Positions 36,831 to 48,309 of a stretch of 64,000 nucleotides of DNA are shown in pieces. Origin of the DNA: Octopus bimaculoides (lineage: Eukaryota); NCBI RefSeq assembly GCF_001194135.2, contig NC_069005.1, positions 21,429,013 through 21,493,012 of the forward strand, in the 5' to 3' direction. Under the pieces are notes generated by a model. The model did no database searches and was not told where the DNA came from. It saw nothing but the letters and a program-made list of their open reading frames with translations. The position numbers and the translations under genes were made by a program. How positions within the stretch are numbered: the first letter of the stretch is position 1; every line of letters starts with the position of its first letter.

Positions 36831-37202
36831 AATGTAAAGTTACTCCGTATAAATTGCCCAATATATATATTAGTAACCAGGATAAAATGAATAATTTCTG
36901 ATTTCTCATTAGTTTCAATAGCTTTCTCATCAGAGATAGTTTTGTTGATCTGACAAATTTGACCATTTAGATCCTTCTAAGAAACTAAAATTAAACGTTC
37001 TAGAAATTTTTTCTGTACTTGTTTTTTTCCTTTGTTATTTCGAATCCAATTGTACTAGTACAAAAATTAATTTTGTTCTCTGATATTTAAGCAAAAGCAT
37101 AATCGATGTATTTTTCTAGGATTAACGTTTGAGATAAAAAAATAAAAACAGAAAACAGAAATAAAAGAAAGAAAATCTAATATTTATTATAACTAAAATT
37201 TC

Positions 37203-37600
37203 TGAGTGGCTGTGTGGTAAGTAGCTTGCTTACCAACCACATGGTTCTGGGTTCAGTCCTACTGCATGGCACCTTGGGCAAGTGTCTTCTACTATAGCCT
37301 CGGGCCGACCAAAGCCTTGTGAGTGGATTTGGTAGACGGAAACTGAAAGAAGCCCTTCGTATATATGTATGTATATATTGTGTGTGTCTGTGTTTGTCCN
37401 NNNNNNNNNCAACATCGCTTGACAACCGATGCTGGTGTGTTTACGTCCCCGTAACTTAGCAGTTCGGCAAAAGAGACAGATAGAATAAGTACTAGGCTTC
37501 CAAAGAATAAGTCCTGGGGTCGATTTGCGCGACTAAAGGCGGTTCTCCAGCATGGCCGCATTCAAAATGACTGAAACAAGTAAAAGAGTAAAAAAAGAGT
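37203..37600 (+). mobile_element. Family-A SINE
   Basis: Matches 9319-9719. Confidence 0.9.
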
Positions 37601-37719
37601 AAAATAACAAATTTTGTGAGAAACGAAAGCTGTTGCCGCGGTGGCGGCGTCGGAATCCCTGACGACGACGACGAAGCCAAACAAGGGAAAGAAACCATAC
37701 TCAGAGTTGCTTCCCTTAC

Positions 37720-37732
37720 CTGATAACGCCAT
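37720..37732 (-). CDS. First coding exon of an unidentified - strand gene (MALS + phase 1)
   Basis: aaaATG GCG TTA TCA G|gtaagg has a good Kozak context and a consensus donor, followed by a GC/CpG-rich first-intron start. Confidence 0.5.
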
Positions 37733-37879
37733 TTTCCTGTTATTTTGAACAGCATCTTTTGTCTTGGATCATCGTCTATTGTTTCGTTTCCAGGTTTTTG
37801 TGATCTGTCTTGGCTGTCTCCTGGTTAATATATCATCTCGGTAATATATTTGTGCACTACTTTTTATTTCTAAATATAA

Positions 37880-37933
37880 GATCATTTCTTTCTTTATATT
37901 TTAATTAGTAAAATCAACGTGATTCTGCGAAAG
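37880..37933 (+). other. Candidate non-coding first exon of the microprotein gene (5' end approximate)
   Basis: Donor AAG|gtaaaa at 37934 within a CpG-retaining region; no upstream ATG seen. The link to the 42385 acceptor is inferred. Confidence 0.35.
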
Positions 37934-38899
37934 GTAAAAAAAATGTCTAAAAATTTATAAAGCTACGTTTGTCATCTTCTACTTTCAGTTAACGAGAAAT
38001 CTCAAATCGTTGAGTTTTTTTACTGCAGATAACAACATAATTTCCCGGAAATCATATCCTGTTACCTTTAAAAGAAAAAAAAAGAGAGAGAGAGAGAAAA
38101 AAATGAAAAGAAAAATCCTAACATTTTGAACAATATTTTGGATAATGTAGTCCTTGATATACTAAAAGACAGGATAATCTTGCATCTGGAATATCTCTGA
38201 TTATAGATCATTCTAATTAGAGAGCTGTCTTGGAGCAAAAGAACTTTCGATAACAACTACAATCCTTTCGGACTTCCCTTTTAATCCATCAACTTTCCAA
38301 AGAATTATTACGATTCAATATTAACTGTCTAGATAGAAATGTACCTTGGGTGCTGTTTTTGCTTGGCAATAAGTATTAAGTTTTCAGAAATCAAAAACAT
38401 CATCCCATATGTTATTGTTACGTGATTTCACTCGATATATATATTACATCGCCAAGTTTTATACGCACGCACGCGCGCGTGTGAACGATAGTCTGCACTT
38501 GATAAGGGAAACATATGCCTCCTACCTTTTCGACGAATATTCATCCGTTTTACACCCATCTGCTTTCAATATTTCCATTTGATGATGTTTGTTTCTTTTT
38601 GGTATTTTGCAATATATAAAAAATATAAGTACACACACATACACACACTGATTTCCGACGTTTCCGGGATTTTGACAGCCCAGCACTCTGGGCTTAGGGT
38701 GATAATATCCCTAATTGTTGCCTATGATATCCTAGCTTATAGTAACACTCCAACTGGAAATCCCTGATATAGTGAGTGTGTTGATATACGGATATATTTT
38801 TACATGTGGGTTTATAATTTCAATGTGGGTGTTGTATTATCACCTCTCTTTTTCATAATCCTTATGAACTAGATTGATATGTGCAGCCATTGTGGAAGT

Positions 38900-39930
38900 G
38901 GTACTGCAACTGGTGGGTGTACAATTGGTCAGCAGATATTAGCAGGTGACGTGGTGTTACTTGGCTCATCAGAAAGCCCTCTCCATCATGTACTGAATAG
39001 GTTTGTTGCTGAGTACTGCAAGGCAAGGATGAGGGTGTTGTGAAGACTGAGATGTTAGTCCTCATGAGGAAATCTTCCCAGTGCACTCTGCATGTTAGTG
39101 GAACTAAGACAAGTGAGGGGTTTAAGTATCTCTGATGCCATATCCGTGAGTGATGAGAAGCAAGAGGCTGAATTAGATTGTACTCGAGAAGACCTGTCCT
39201 CCGCAGCAGAAGTGTTAAGACTGCTCTTCCTGGTGAAGAGGATTGGCCTGTGCTGGTATCACGTAAAAAGGCACCGGTGCTAGCTCCATGTAAAAGCACC
39301 CATAACACACTGTAAAGTGGTTGACATCCAGCCATAGAAACCTTTGCCAAATCAGGCTGGAACTTGGTGCAGTTCCCTGCCTTGCCAGCTCAGGTCAAGC
39401 CATCCAACCCATGCCAGCATGGAAAACGGACATTAAAGGATGATGATGACTTGCAGGTGTTTGCACATGACTGTGTTAGCTCCAGCATTTGATCCTGAGA
39501 GGAAGAGACATCAATAAAAAAAGCTAAACTCACTATCTTCAATTTGGTTTTCATGCCTATCCTCACCTATGGTCATGATTAGTTGCAAAAGAACATAATC
39601 GTGAATGCAAGCAGCCAAAATGGGATTCCTCGAGCTATGTCAACGGGATGCATAGCTCAGAGATCAAGTAGTCTCTTCAGGTTGAGCTGTTACTGTTCTG
39701 CATTGAGATGTCACTGCTCCAGTACTACAGCCATGTGATTAGAATGTCATAGGAAAAAATTGCAAGACAAATTCTTCAAGCTGAGTCAATGGCAGGAAAT
39801 CTAGGGGTACACCAAAAACAAGACAGCTGGATAATATCCATAGTCTCCATTGGTCACACTTGGGGCATCCAGCTCAAAAGTATAATGATGATTGCTTCTC
39901 ATAGAATCCCTTGAAGGTTGTGCATGAGGA
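38900..39930 (+). mobile_element. Degraded RTE-type LINE RT region interrupted by a short element at about 39250-39450
   Basis: DVVLLGSSE..L..VL, GFKYL and PILTYGH remnants. Confidence 0.65.
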
Positions 39931-41184
39931 CTCTACCCTTACAACCCTCCCAGGAATTCCGGGCAGAGAAGATGGATGAATGTCTTTCGATATAGGCACA
40001 AGACCAGCAGTTTTGAGAGGAGGGGATCAGTTGATATTGTTGACTCCAGAACTTGATTGGTAATTTATTTTATTGACTCCTGAAAGTATGAAAGCTAAAA
40101 CTGACCTTAACAGGACTTGAACTTACAATGAAATCAGAGGAAAACTTACAATGGGATCAGAGTTTCAAATTTTGGCACAAGGCTAGCAATTTCAGGGCAA
40201 TGGGTAAGTCAAATAAATTGACCGTCAGTGCTCAACTTGTACTTACTTTATTGACCCCCCCCCCCTCCGAAAGGCTAAGTCAGCTTTGGTGGCATTTGAA
40301 CCCAGAATGTAAAGATGAACGAAATCCTGCTAAGCATTTTACTTGGCATGTTAATCACTCTGCCAGCTCACCAACTTTTTTAAACATCAGCATGCTACTT
40401 AGAAGGTAACTGAACTCATATACTGACATTTAGAAGTCAAGATGACTGCAAATTGCACCAAAGTAACATGCTGATTGCACTTGGTAATAATGATGACTTT
40501 CAGACATGCTGGCTGGAAGTGCCTATCATAGAAATTGGACTCTCAGGGTGGTGCTGCTTGGTCATAGAAGAGAACCTTCCATCTCACATAGATGTCAACA
40601 TGGCTGTGTGGTTAAGAAGTTCACATTGAGCCCCACTTTGTGGCTCCTTGGGCAAGTGTTTTTGATTTTACAGCTCTGGGGCAGTCAATACCTTGTGAAC
40701 GAGTTCAAGTGGATGGAAACTATATGAATCCTATTATATGTATGTATGTTTGTGCTGTAAAGAGATGTGGGGTGGTGCTATATGTTCCATCACTGAAACC
40801 GTTGAGAAAGCTATTGGGTAGTTTTAGATTAAGAGAGTAGGACTAAGTGCAAGGAATGGATGTGATCAACTCCAGCTGGAACAACTGGGAGAAGAAGTGA
40901 GACATTAAAAGACATGAAACCCCTTATGACCCCAGGAACATCATTGATGATACATCCCAAAGCATCTGAAATAATTATCTTAAATCTAACATTAAAATCT
41001 ACAAATGATATGGCTTTGCATATAAGGTATAAAAGTGTTGAAATTCTACTGCATATGTTTTTGTGTATTTCTAAACAAAGCATTTAATTTTTCTAGCTTC
41101 AGATTTTAGCCAAGGCAAAAATTCCAGGTCTTCTTTGAAATATTAATCTGCTATACACTAGTGTCATACTAAAATTTGAAGTTT

Positions 41185-41474
41185 TTAACCCTTTTGATGT
41201 CAACCTGCCCAAACCAACCCTTTATTCTATGAAATGAACTTTATGTTTAACTGTTAAGCAGTTAAACTGGTCATATCTGGCCAAAATATTTTGCCTGTTT
41301 TATGTTCAAACTGGCCAGATCTGGTTTCTCACATCTACCCTACAATATCATAGTAAACTTAAACTATGACATCACTGAAATCTTGAAACTACAAGATAAT
41401 GCATGATTCATTCCAGACAATGTCAATAAATAAGCATTACATTTGACAGAGTAATCCGAATGCTAAAAGGTTAA
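41185..41474. mobile_element. piggyBac-like MITE
   Basis: TTAA-ccctttt...aaaagg-TTAA. Confidence 0.6.
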
Positions 41475-41756
41475 AGTGACCTAAATTATAACCTCCATCG
41501 AAATTTTATATTAATTTAAGTCCCATACACCAGCATAATAATGGTAAAGTTATTATCTTTGCATGAGTGCTCCATCATCATCTTTAAAGCACCAGAGAAT
41601 GGAATAAGTGGAGCAAGAACACACACGAAAACGAAAAGTGTGGCTGAATAGGTCACAGATGAATGACGAAAAGTTTCTGGACAATGGACATGAGTTAAAA
41701 TAATAAAATAAGAACAGTAATAAACAAGTGAAGAAAAAATATATATAGTGCGTGTG

Positions 41757-42115
41757 TTTCATCATCATCATCATCATCACCGTCTGCTTTCCATGCTAGC
41801 ATGGGTTGGACGATTTGACTGAGGACTGGTGAACCAGATGGTTACACCAGGCTCCAATCTGATTTGGCAGAGTTTCTACAGCTGGATGTCCTTCCTAACG
41901 CCAACCACTCCAAGAGTGTAGTGGGTGCTTTTATGTGCCACCGGTACGAAGGCCAGTCAGGCGGTACTGGCAACGGCCACACTCAAAATGGTGTATTTTA
42001 TGTGCCACCTGCACAGGAGCCAGTCCAGCAGCACTGGCAACGATCTCGCTCGAATGACTTTTCATGTGCCAGGAACGCGAAGCTGCGGCACAAGTGCCAG
42101 GAAGGTGACACTGGT
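41757..42115 (-). mobile_element. RTE-tail short element
   Basis: Near-identical to 1108-1545. Confidence 0.85.
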
Positions 42116-42510
42116 AAAAATGAAAAACACAAAAATCACTATCCCGAAATATAACAATGATAAAGTTCTTTTATTAAATTCTTTATTATTTTCAAAATTA
42201 ATTGAAACAAAGGCAGTAAATTCCAACAGAATTATGGTATCAAAAGGTTGGTCAATGCTTGCACCCGGTACCAATCCTCTAATGATCCATGTTCTAAATT
42301 AAATTGTCATTAATTCTAAGGATTTTAAAATCTTTAGCATTTGCTTTTTAACATTCACATTTGTTTTCTATTTTTCAATTGCAGATAAGAGTCAGAACTA
42401 AGCGGTTCCTTGACTGGAATAGTGCCATAACACACACCCCAAAGCTTCTGGTCACAATTTTTACACTGGACATTGACTCCTGTTGGACTCTAAGGTAGAT
42501 TCTGGTGAAA

Positions 42511-42699
42511 ATGTTGCCTAAGTTGTCTGTAGAGAAGAAGCTGGTCAACAGACTGTCTTCCTTGATTCCAGCATTTACGGACATCTTTGATGAAGAATCT
42601 TTTTATATTTGCTTCATCTTCTTTGTGGTCATCACTATTGCTAGTGTCTGTGTCCTGTCTCGCTACGTTACCATAAAAGATGCTGGCCATGTTGAATAG
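42511..42699 (+). CDS. 62-aa single-pass membrane microprotein
   Basis: aaaATG in good context. MLPKLSVEKKLVNRLSSLIPAFTDIFDEESFYICFIFFVVITIASVCVLSRYVTIKDAGHVE* has one clear hydrophobic helix preceded by an acidic FTDIFDEESFY motif. A strong acceptor ttttctatttttcaattgcag at 42384 opens the exon, and an in-frame TAG lies just upstream of the ATG. Confidence 0.75.
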   Translation: MLPKLSVEKKLVNRLSSLIPAFTDIFDEESFYICFIFFVVITIASVCVLSRYVTIKDAGHVE

Positions 42700-43323
42700 G
42701 AGGCTGTTTTCCTACTGACAGAAAAATGGGTTAGAGGTGACAGATCAAAGGTTTTGTGATTTAAAATACCCCCCCTCCCCCTCCATTTCTTAACATAAAC
42801 ATGGACTTTGTTATGGCCCTAGTAAATATGTTACTGTTACCTCTTTCCTTCATCCTTTTCTTCTCGCTCCAACTCCACTCTCACTCTTCCTCATTACCCC
42901 CCTCCCCCCGCACATTACATTCAAACAAATCTTTTCTNNNNNNNNNNNNNNNNNNNNNNNNNNNNNNNNNNNNNNNNNNNTCTCTTTTCAGTTTTTTTTT
43001 TTGTTGTTGTTGTTGTTTTCCTTTAAAATTCCTCACTGCCGATGGTCTATATATTATCTTTGCATCTAATGCTAATGTCACACCACACAAAAAAGATATG
43101 TGACCCCCTAACTTCAATCATTCAGCTCAGTCTTACTCCTACTTAAATGTTCCAATCCATTTCTCTCTAAACCAGTGTCGATTTAAGTTGCACCACACCA
43201 TGAAGTTTTGATTCTTCTAATTCTTTACTAGCGTCGCCTGTATTTAACTGAGTGCTCCTTCATCATCTTTCAAGCACGAATGCCAAAGAACTTGCATCCA
43301 TCTTAGTGAATCATAACAAAAAA

Positions 43324-44035
43324 AGGCCGAGATGGTGAGCTGGCAAAATTGTTAGCATGCCAGCTAAAATGCTTAGTAGTTTTTTTGTCTGTCTTTACAT
43401 TCTGAGCTCAAATTCTGCCAAGGTCATCTTTGCCTTTCATCCTTTCAGGATCAACAAAATAAGTACCAATTGATCACTGGGGTTGATGTAATCTGCTAAG
43501 CTCATCCCCGAAATTGCTGGCCTTGTGCCAAAATTTGAAGCCAATTTTTGTATAATAATTAAGGCAGCAAGCTGGCAGAATCGTTAGCATGCCGGGCAAA
43601 ATGCTTAACAGTATTTTGTCCATCTTTATGTTCTGAGCTCAAATTCCGCCGAGGTTGACTTTGCCTTTCATCTTTTCAGGTCAATAAAATAAGTACCAGT
43701 TGATCACTGGGGGTTGATATAATCAACTTAACCCCTCCCCGAAGTTACTGGCCTTGCGCCAAAATTTGAAACCAATATTTATATAATAATTAAAGTAACG
43801 AGCTGGCAGAATCATTAGCACAGTGGACAAAATGCTTAATGGTATTTCGTCTGCCGCTATGTTCTGAGCTCAAATTCTACCGAGGTTCACTTTGCCTTTC
43901 ATCCTTTCGGGGTCGATAAAATAAAGTACCAGTTGATCACTGGGGGTTGATGTAATCGACTTTGCCCCTCCCTGAAATTGCTGGCTCTGGGCCAAAATTT
44001 GAAACCAATAGTTAAAGAAAGTAATGAGCTGAAGG
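43324..44035 (+). mobile_element. Head-to-tail array of three family-B SINEs plus a fragment
   Basis: Heads at about 43324, 43561, 43793 and 44020, roughly 235-bp period. Confidence 0.85.
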
Positions 44036-45986
44036 TGAAATGGTAAAACGACTAACAATTCCATTTGGATGAGCCATTCTAGCCATCTTATCTCACACAA
44101 AGCTGTTAAATTTATTTCAAATTCAAATATATTTCATGAGGTGTCAAACATGAGGTGCCACTCTTACCCTGGTACTAACTTAGTTTCAGTGATCAGGTTG
44201 CAGTTGTGCAATGAGTAATTTGACATAACATGGAATAAATTTGATACCAAACCACCTCTGGCTCTGTAGTACAAATGTCTTATTTTCAAAACTTCTGAAT
44301 TAAAATCTTCCCCCAAACCTTAGTCACAATTTATGTTCTTAACACTAGCTTAACGATCACTAAGTTATTTTACTAAACTAATAGTAAAATACTATGTTTA
44401 AAATTAATTGAAAGAAACACAAAGCATCTCAACAGAAATATGGTAACAAAAGAGTTAAGTTTAGAGTTAGTTTATCAGCTTTGTGTGTGATTAGACAACT
44501 AGTAAAGCTCTTCCAAATGTAATTACTTCTTTTTCAACACACAGTCTCAGATTGTGAGACAAATACAACTCCAAAGAATGATTACTTTTTACTCTTTATT
44601 CAAACTTATCTTCAACTCCTACAATTTTATCAGCAACATTGTCTATTGTGATATAATTTATATAAAATGTACATCACCATATTTATCTATCTATAAAACA
44701 CTTTTTTTTTTTTTTCAATATTTAAAGAATATTCCAAAATTTCATCAGGATATTTAAATTAAATAAGTCAGAGCACTATTTATATTTGAAAATTTTTTTT
44801 TTCTTCTATTTCAAAGTACATTCTTGGAAATATTGGTGTATCTTATATACTAACAAATTGGGTATCATGGTTTGGTATTACAATTCAAATACAGCAAACT
44901 AAAGCATCCATACATGCACACATACATGAATGTATGTGNNNNNNNNNNNNNNNNNNNNNNNNNNNNNNNNNNNNNNNNNNNNNNNNNNNNNNNNNNNNNN
45001 NNNNNNNNNNNNNNNNNNNNNNNNNNNNNNNNNNNNNNNNNNNNNNNNNNNNNNNNNNNNNNNNNNNNNNNNNNNNNNNNNNNNNNNNNNNNNNNNNNNN
45101 NNNNNNNNNNNNNNNNNNNNNNNNNNNNNNNNNNNNNNNNNNNNNNNNNNNNNNNNNNNNNNNNNNNNNNNNNNNNNNNNNNNNNNNNNNNNNNNNNNNN
45201 NNNNNNNNNNNNNNNNNNNNNNNNNNNNNNNNNNNTGGAGACAAACACCAATTTATCTATGTGATTGGCTTGAATAATTGTTGAGAATTGCCTTAACATG
45301 AAACTAATGGTAGCTTTCATACAAAAAATAAAGTATATATCATCATCATCATCGTTTAACGTCCGCTTTCCATGCTAGCATGGGTTGGACGATTTGACTG
45401 AGGACTGGTGAAACCGGATGGCAACACCAGGCTCCAATCTAATTTGGCAGAGTTTCTACAGCTGGATGCCCTTCCTAACGCCAACCACTCCGAGAGTGTA
45501 GTGGGTGTTTTTACGTGTCACCCGCACATGGTGCAGGCATGTCCATGTGATTAGAATGTTTGCTTTGGAACTACATGGTTTAAAATTTGTTACCATAGTG
45601 TGGCATTGTTGGTCGGTGCCTGGTGCCTTCTGCTGTGGCTGTAAGTTGACTAATGCTTTGTGAAAGGAGTTGGTAGATGAAAACTATGAAGCCTGTCGTG
45701 TGGTGCACGTTTGCTTGTTGATTAAAGACAAAGTCACTAGTCGTACTTATGGTATCTTTGTTCATAGACTTCCATGTAAACATGTCCAGCCTTTGAGCAG
45801 TTTGTTGTTTGAAGGATTAGGGGGAAATATTATCTTGCTGGGAAACGGGTGATGATTGGTGACAGGGAGAACATTCAGCCATAGAAAATCTGTCTCAGTA
45901 AGTTTAGTCTGACCCATGCAAGCATGGAAAAATAGACATTAAAACTATATATATATATATGTTTGTGTGTATCTATTTATCTATAC

Positions 45987-46032
<46 letters not shown>

Positions 46033-46190
46033 GTATGTATATTTTATTATATGTATTTATTTTCTCTTGGTTAATAATTAACTCTGACAAAATAAATTGG
46101 TTAATAGATACCAGGGTAGCAAAGATCACAAAATGACTGTGGTGTAACTCCTGTTTATGAGGTAGAAACTCCCTGTTATTTTGGGCAATT

Positions 46191-46390
46191 TAGTAATATA
46201 TGTATATGTATATTTAGAAGGTTGTTTGTTGTGGCCAATCAGAGATTGACCATTGGTTTTGCACACATATAGCACTTAACTCAGCTGTTTGAGTCTGATG
46301 AGTCGCCTATACAGCTAAGCGCTTTACAAGTGCAATGCCAATGGTCATTCTCTGACTGGCCATAACAAGCAACCTTCTAAATATATTACT
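46191..46390. repeat. Inverted repeat (about 55-bp arms)
   Basis: 46211-46264 pairs with 46330-46384. Confidence 0.85.
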
Positions 46391-46475
46391 GCTCTGTTTT
46401 TGAATGTGCTTCTTTTTGGGATATATGAACTATTGACTACATATATATCTTTACAAATATATGTGTGTGTATATC

Positions 46476-46507
<32 letters not shown>

Positions 46508-47105
46508 TGTATGTATATTCACTTCCTACCTATATAAAATAGTTCAAACTATAACAGTTAAAATTCTATTCATTTATATTTATTGAGAGTTATTTAAAGA
46601 AATTATAAGTTATACATTTTGCTTTCTCAGATTAATTTACCTGGCTGTGTCTTTTACAAAGCTCCAAATTACATTTATTGTGCATTATTTAAAAATTATG
46701 TATTGTTTTTTTTTCCCCCCTTCTCATATTTATCAGAGTTATACTACATACATACTCCTATTTTCTCCCAAATGTTTCCTCTTTTATTTCTATTTATTTT
46801 TGGGGTGGGGGATCGGTTTTAGTTTGACTTTGAAGGAAGAAGCTAAACTTCTGTTTCAGTAAAATTGTTATAGAAAGAACAAAGGTAAAAAAAAACAACT
46901 TTATATACCTTTATATTTTAGCCTCTTTGGTTATTTAAATCTGGTTTGTTCTGCTGAAATATCAGCTATTATCATTTTCGTTCTACAGTTGTTTAAACCC
47001 AGTGGGCCCAGAATGATAAAAGGCATTGCAGCCTTAACTGTCCTGACTTTACTCCCAAACCCTAACCCAATAGGTTGTTTATTTATTTTTTTTTTTTTAA
47101 GCATT

Positions 47106-47281
47106 TCAGTATGGGTTGGAGGAAGTTTGGTTACTCCTTCTTGTAAGCTGAGCAACCATGTAGAAGCTCCTTTGTTTGCTCCTATTGTTGTTGTCTAGCC
47201 ACAGGTGGTCAAGCAGTTCTGTTTCATGCAAGTAGTCAACAAAATGATGCAAGAAGGCCTTTACATAGTTGCTCACAGAAT
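47106..47281 (-). CDS. Candidate coding exon, unidentified
   Basis: Acceptor tttgaatttgatttcctgtag, then 57 sense codons in phase 1: (D)SVSNYVKAFLHHFVDYLHETELLDHLWLDNNNRSKQRSFYMVAQLTRRSNQTSSNPY*. Could instead be an old LINE fragment. Confidence 0.25.
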
Positions 47282-47972
47282 CTACAGGAAATCAAATTCA
47301 AATCTTTCCTTAACCATTTTTTGTTACCATTTTTCTGTTCACATAGATTGCCTTTGTTTAAATTTATTTTTAAAATAATGAAAAATTTAGTAGAATAACT
47401 TTGTCGTTATTGAGCTGGTGTTTGGAACATATCTGTCAGATTTTTTACTGTGTGCTGTTTATATGCCATGATATGGTACAGAAAAAAAAACTCGTTACTT
47501 ATGAGCATTAATTTATACTCGTTGCTATTACTACGAAGCTAAACAGCACATGCCATTATTTATGGTGTTAAATAGCTAAGCTAAGAGACATCACAGCTCA
47601 CACTGGTGACAGCATATTGAGGGATTCCAAAATATCAGAATGAAATGTCGTTTGTGGTGTTATCGGTGTCTACGATAGTATAATAATTTATCCCTTCTCT
47701 TGATGAGAAAGTTGCTATATCCTCCTTGTTAAAAACAGAAATTATATTATTGTTAAACCAGATTTTCTATTGTTGTTTTCCTACCAACAAAGCATGTAAA
47801 TATTTGAACCGTTGACATACATCATGGATGCATACATACATATATATATACATATATGTAATGTGTGTGTGTGTGTGTATACACAAACACACACATAAAT
47901 ATATATAATTTTTAAGAACATTTGTTAAAACTTGTCCGTCCCGTGTTGTCTTCTTTTTGTATTCATTGCCTA

Positions 47973-48004
<32 letters not shown>

Positions 48005-48010
<6 letters not shown>

Positions 48011-48309
48011 AAAAAAAGTCGTCAGAATTTTGGAATAACTTCTTTCATTTATTTTATACATAGCGCTTTCGTTCGTCTTTCGAACTTGTCAAATATAATT
48101 CTAAGAAATTACAGAGATCTTGCTTATTTATATAAAACAGGTGTTTTGGGGGGTTTTGTTTATAACAGAACATTGTTTGTTTTTTGGGGGGCGGGGGGGG
48201 GTGAGACTAATTATATTTGACAAGTTCGAAAGACGAACGAAAGCGCTGTTATATGTATAAAATAAATGAAGAAGTTATTCCAAAATTCTGACGACTTTTT
48301 TTTCAATAT
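48005..48309. repeat. Long inverted repeat (about 95-bp arms)
   Basis: 48005-48100 is the near-perfect reverse complement of 48209-48309. Confidence 0.9.

Larger units (their letters stand above)
37620..38060. promoter_or_regulatory. Putative bidirectional promoter
   Basis: Local CpG/GC enrichment. A - strand ATG plus donor at 37732-37718 and a + strand donor at 37934 diverge about 200 bp apart. ETS-like CCGGAAAT near 38045. Confidence 0.5.

Noticed and set aside
36830-37000. Minus-strand open frame KDLNGQICQINKTISDEK... and a CTGATGAG...GAAAC motif
   Set aside because: The phase is incompatible with the MALS exon, and the hammerhead stems do not pair convincingly.
40829-41083. 84-aa - strand ORF
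   Set aside because: It appears to be antisense to a frameshifted R4-like endonuclease remnant on the + strand.
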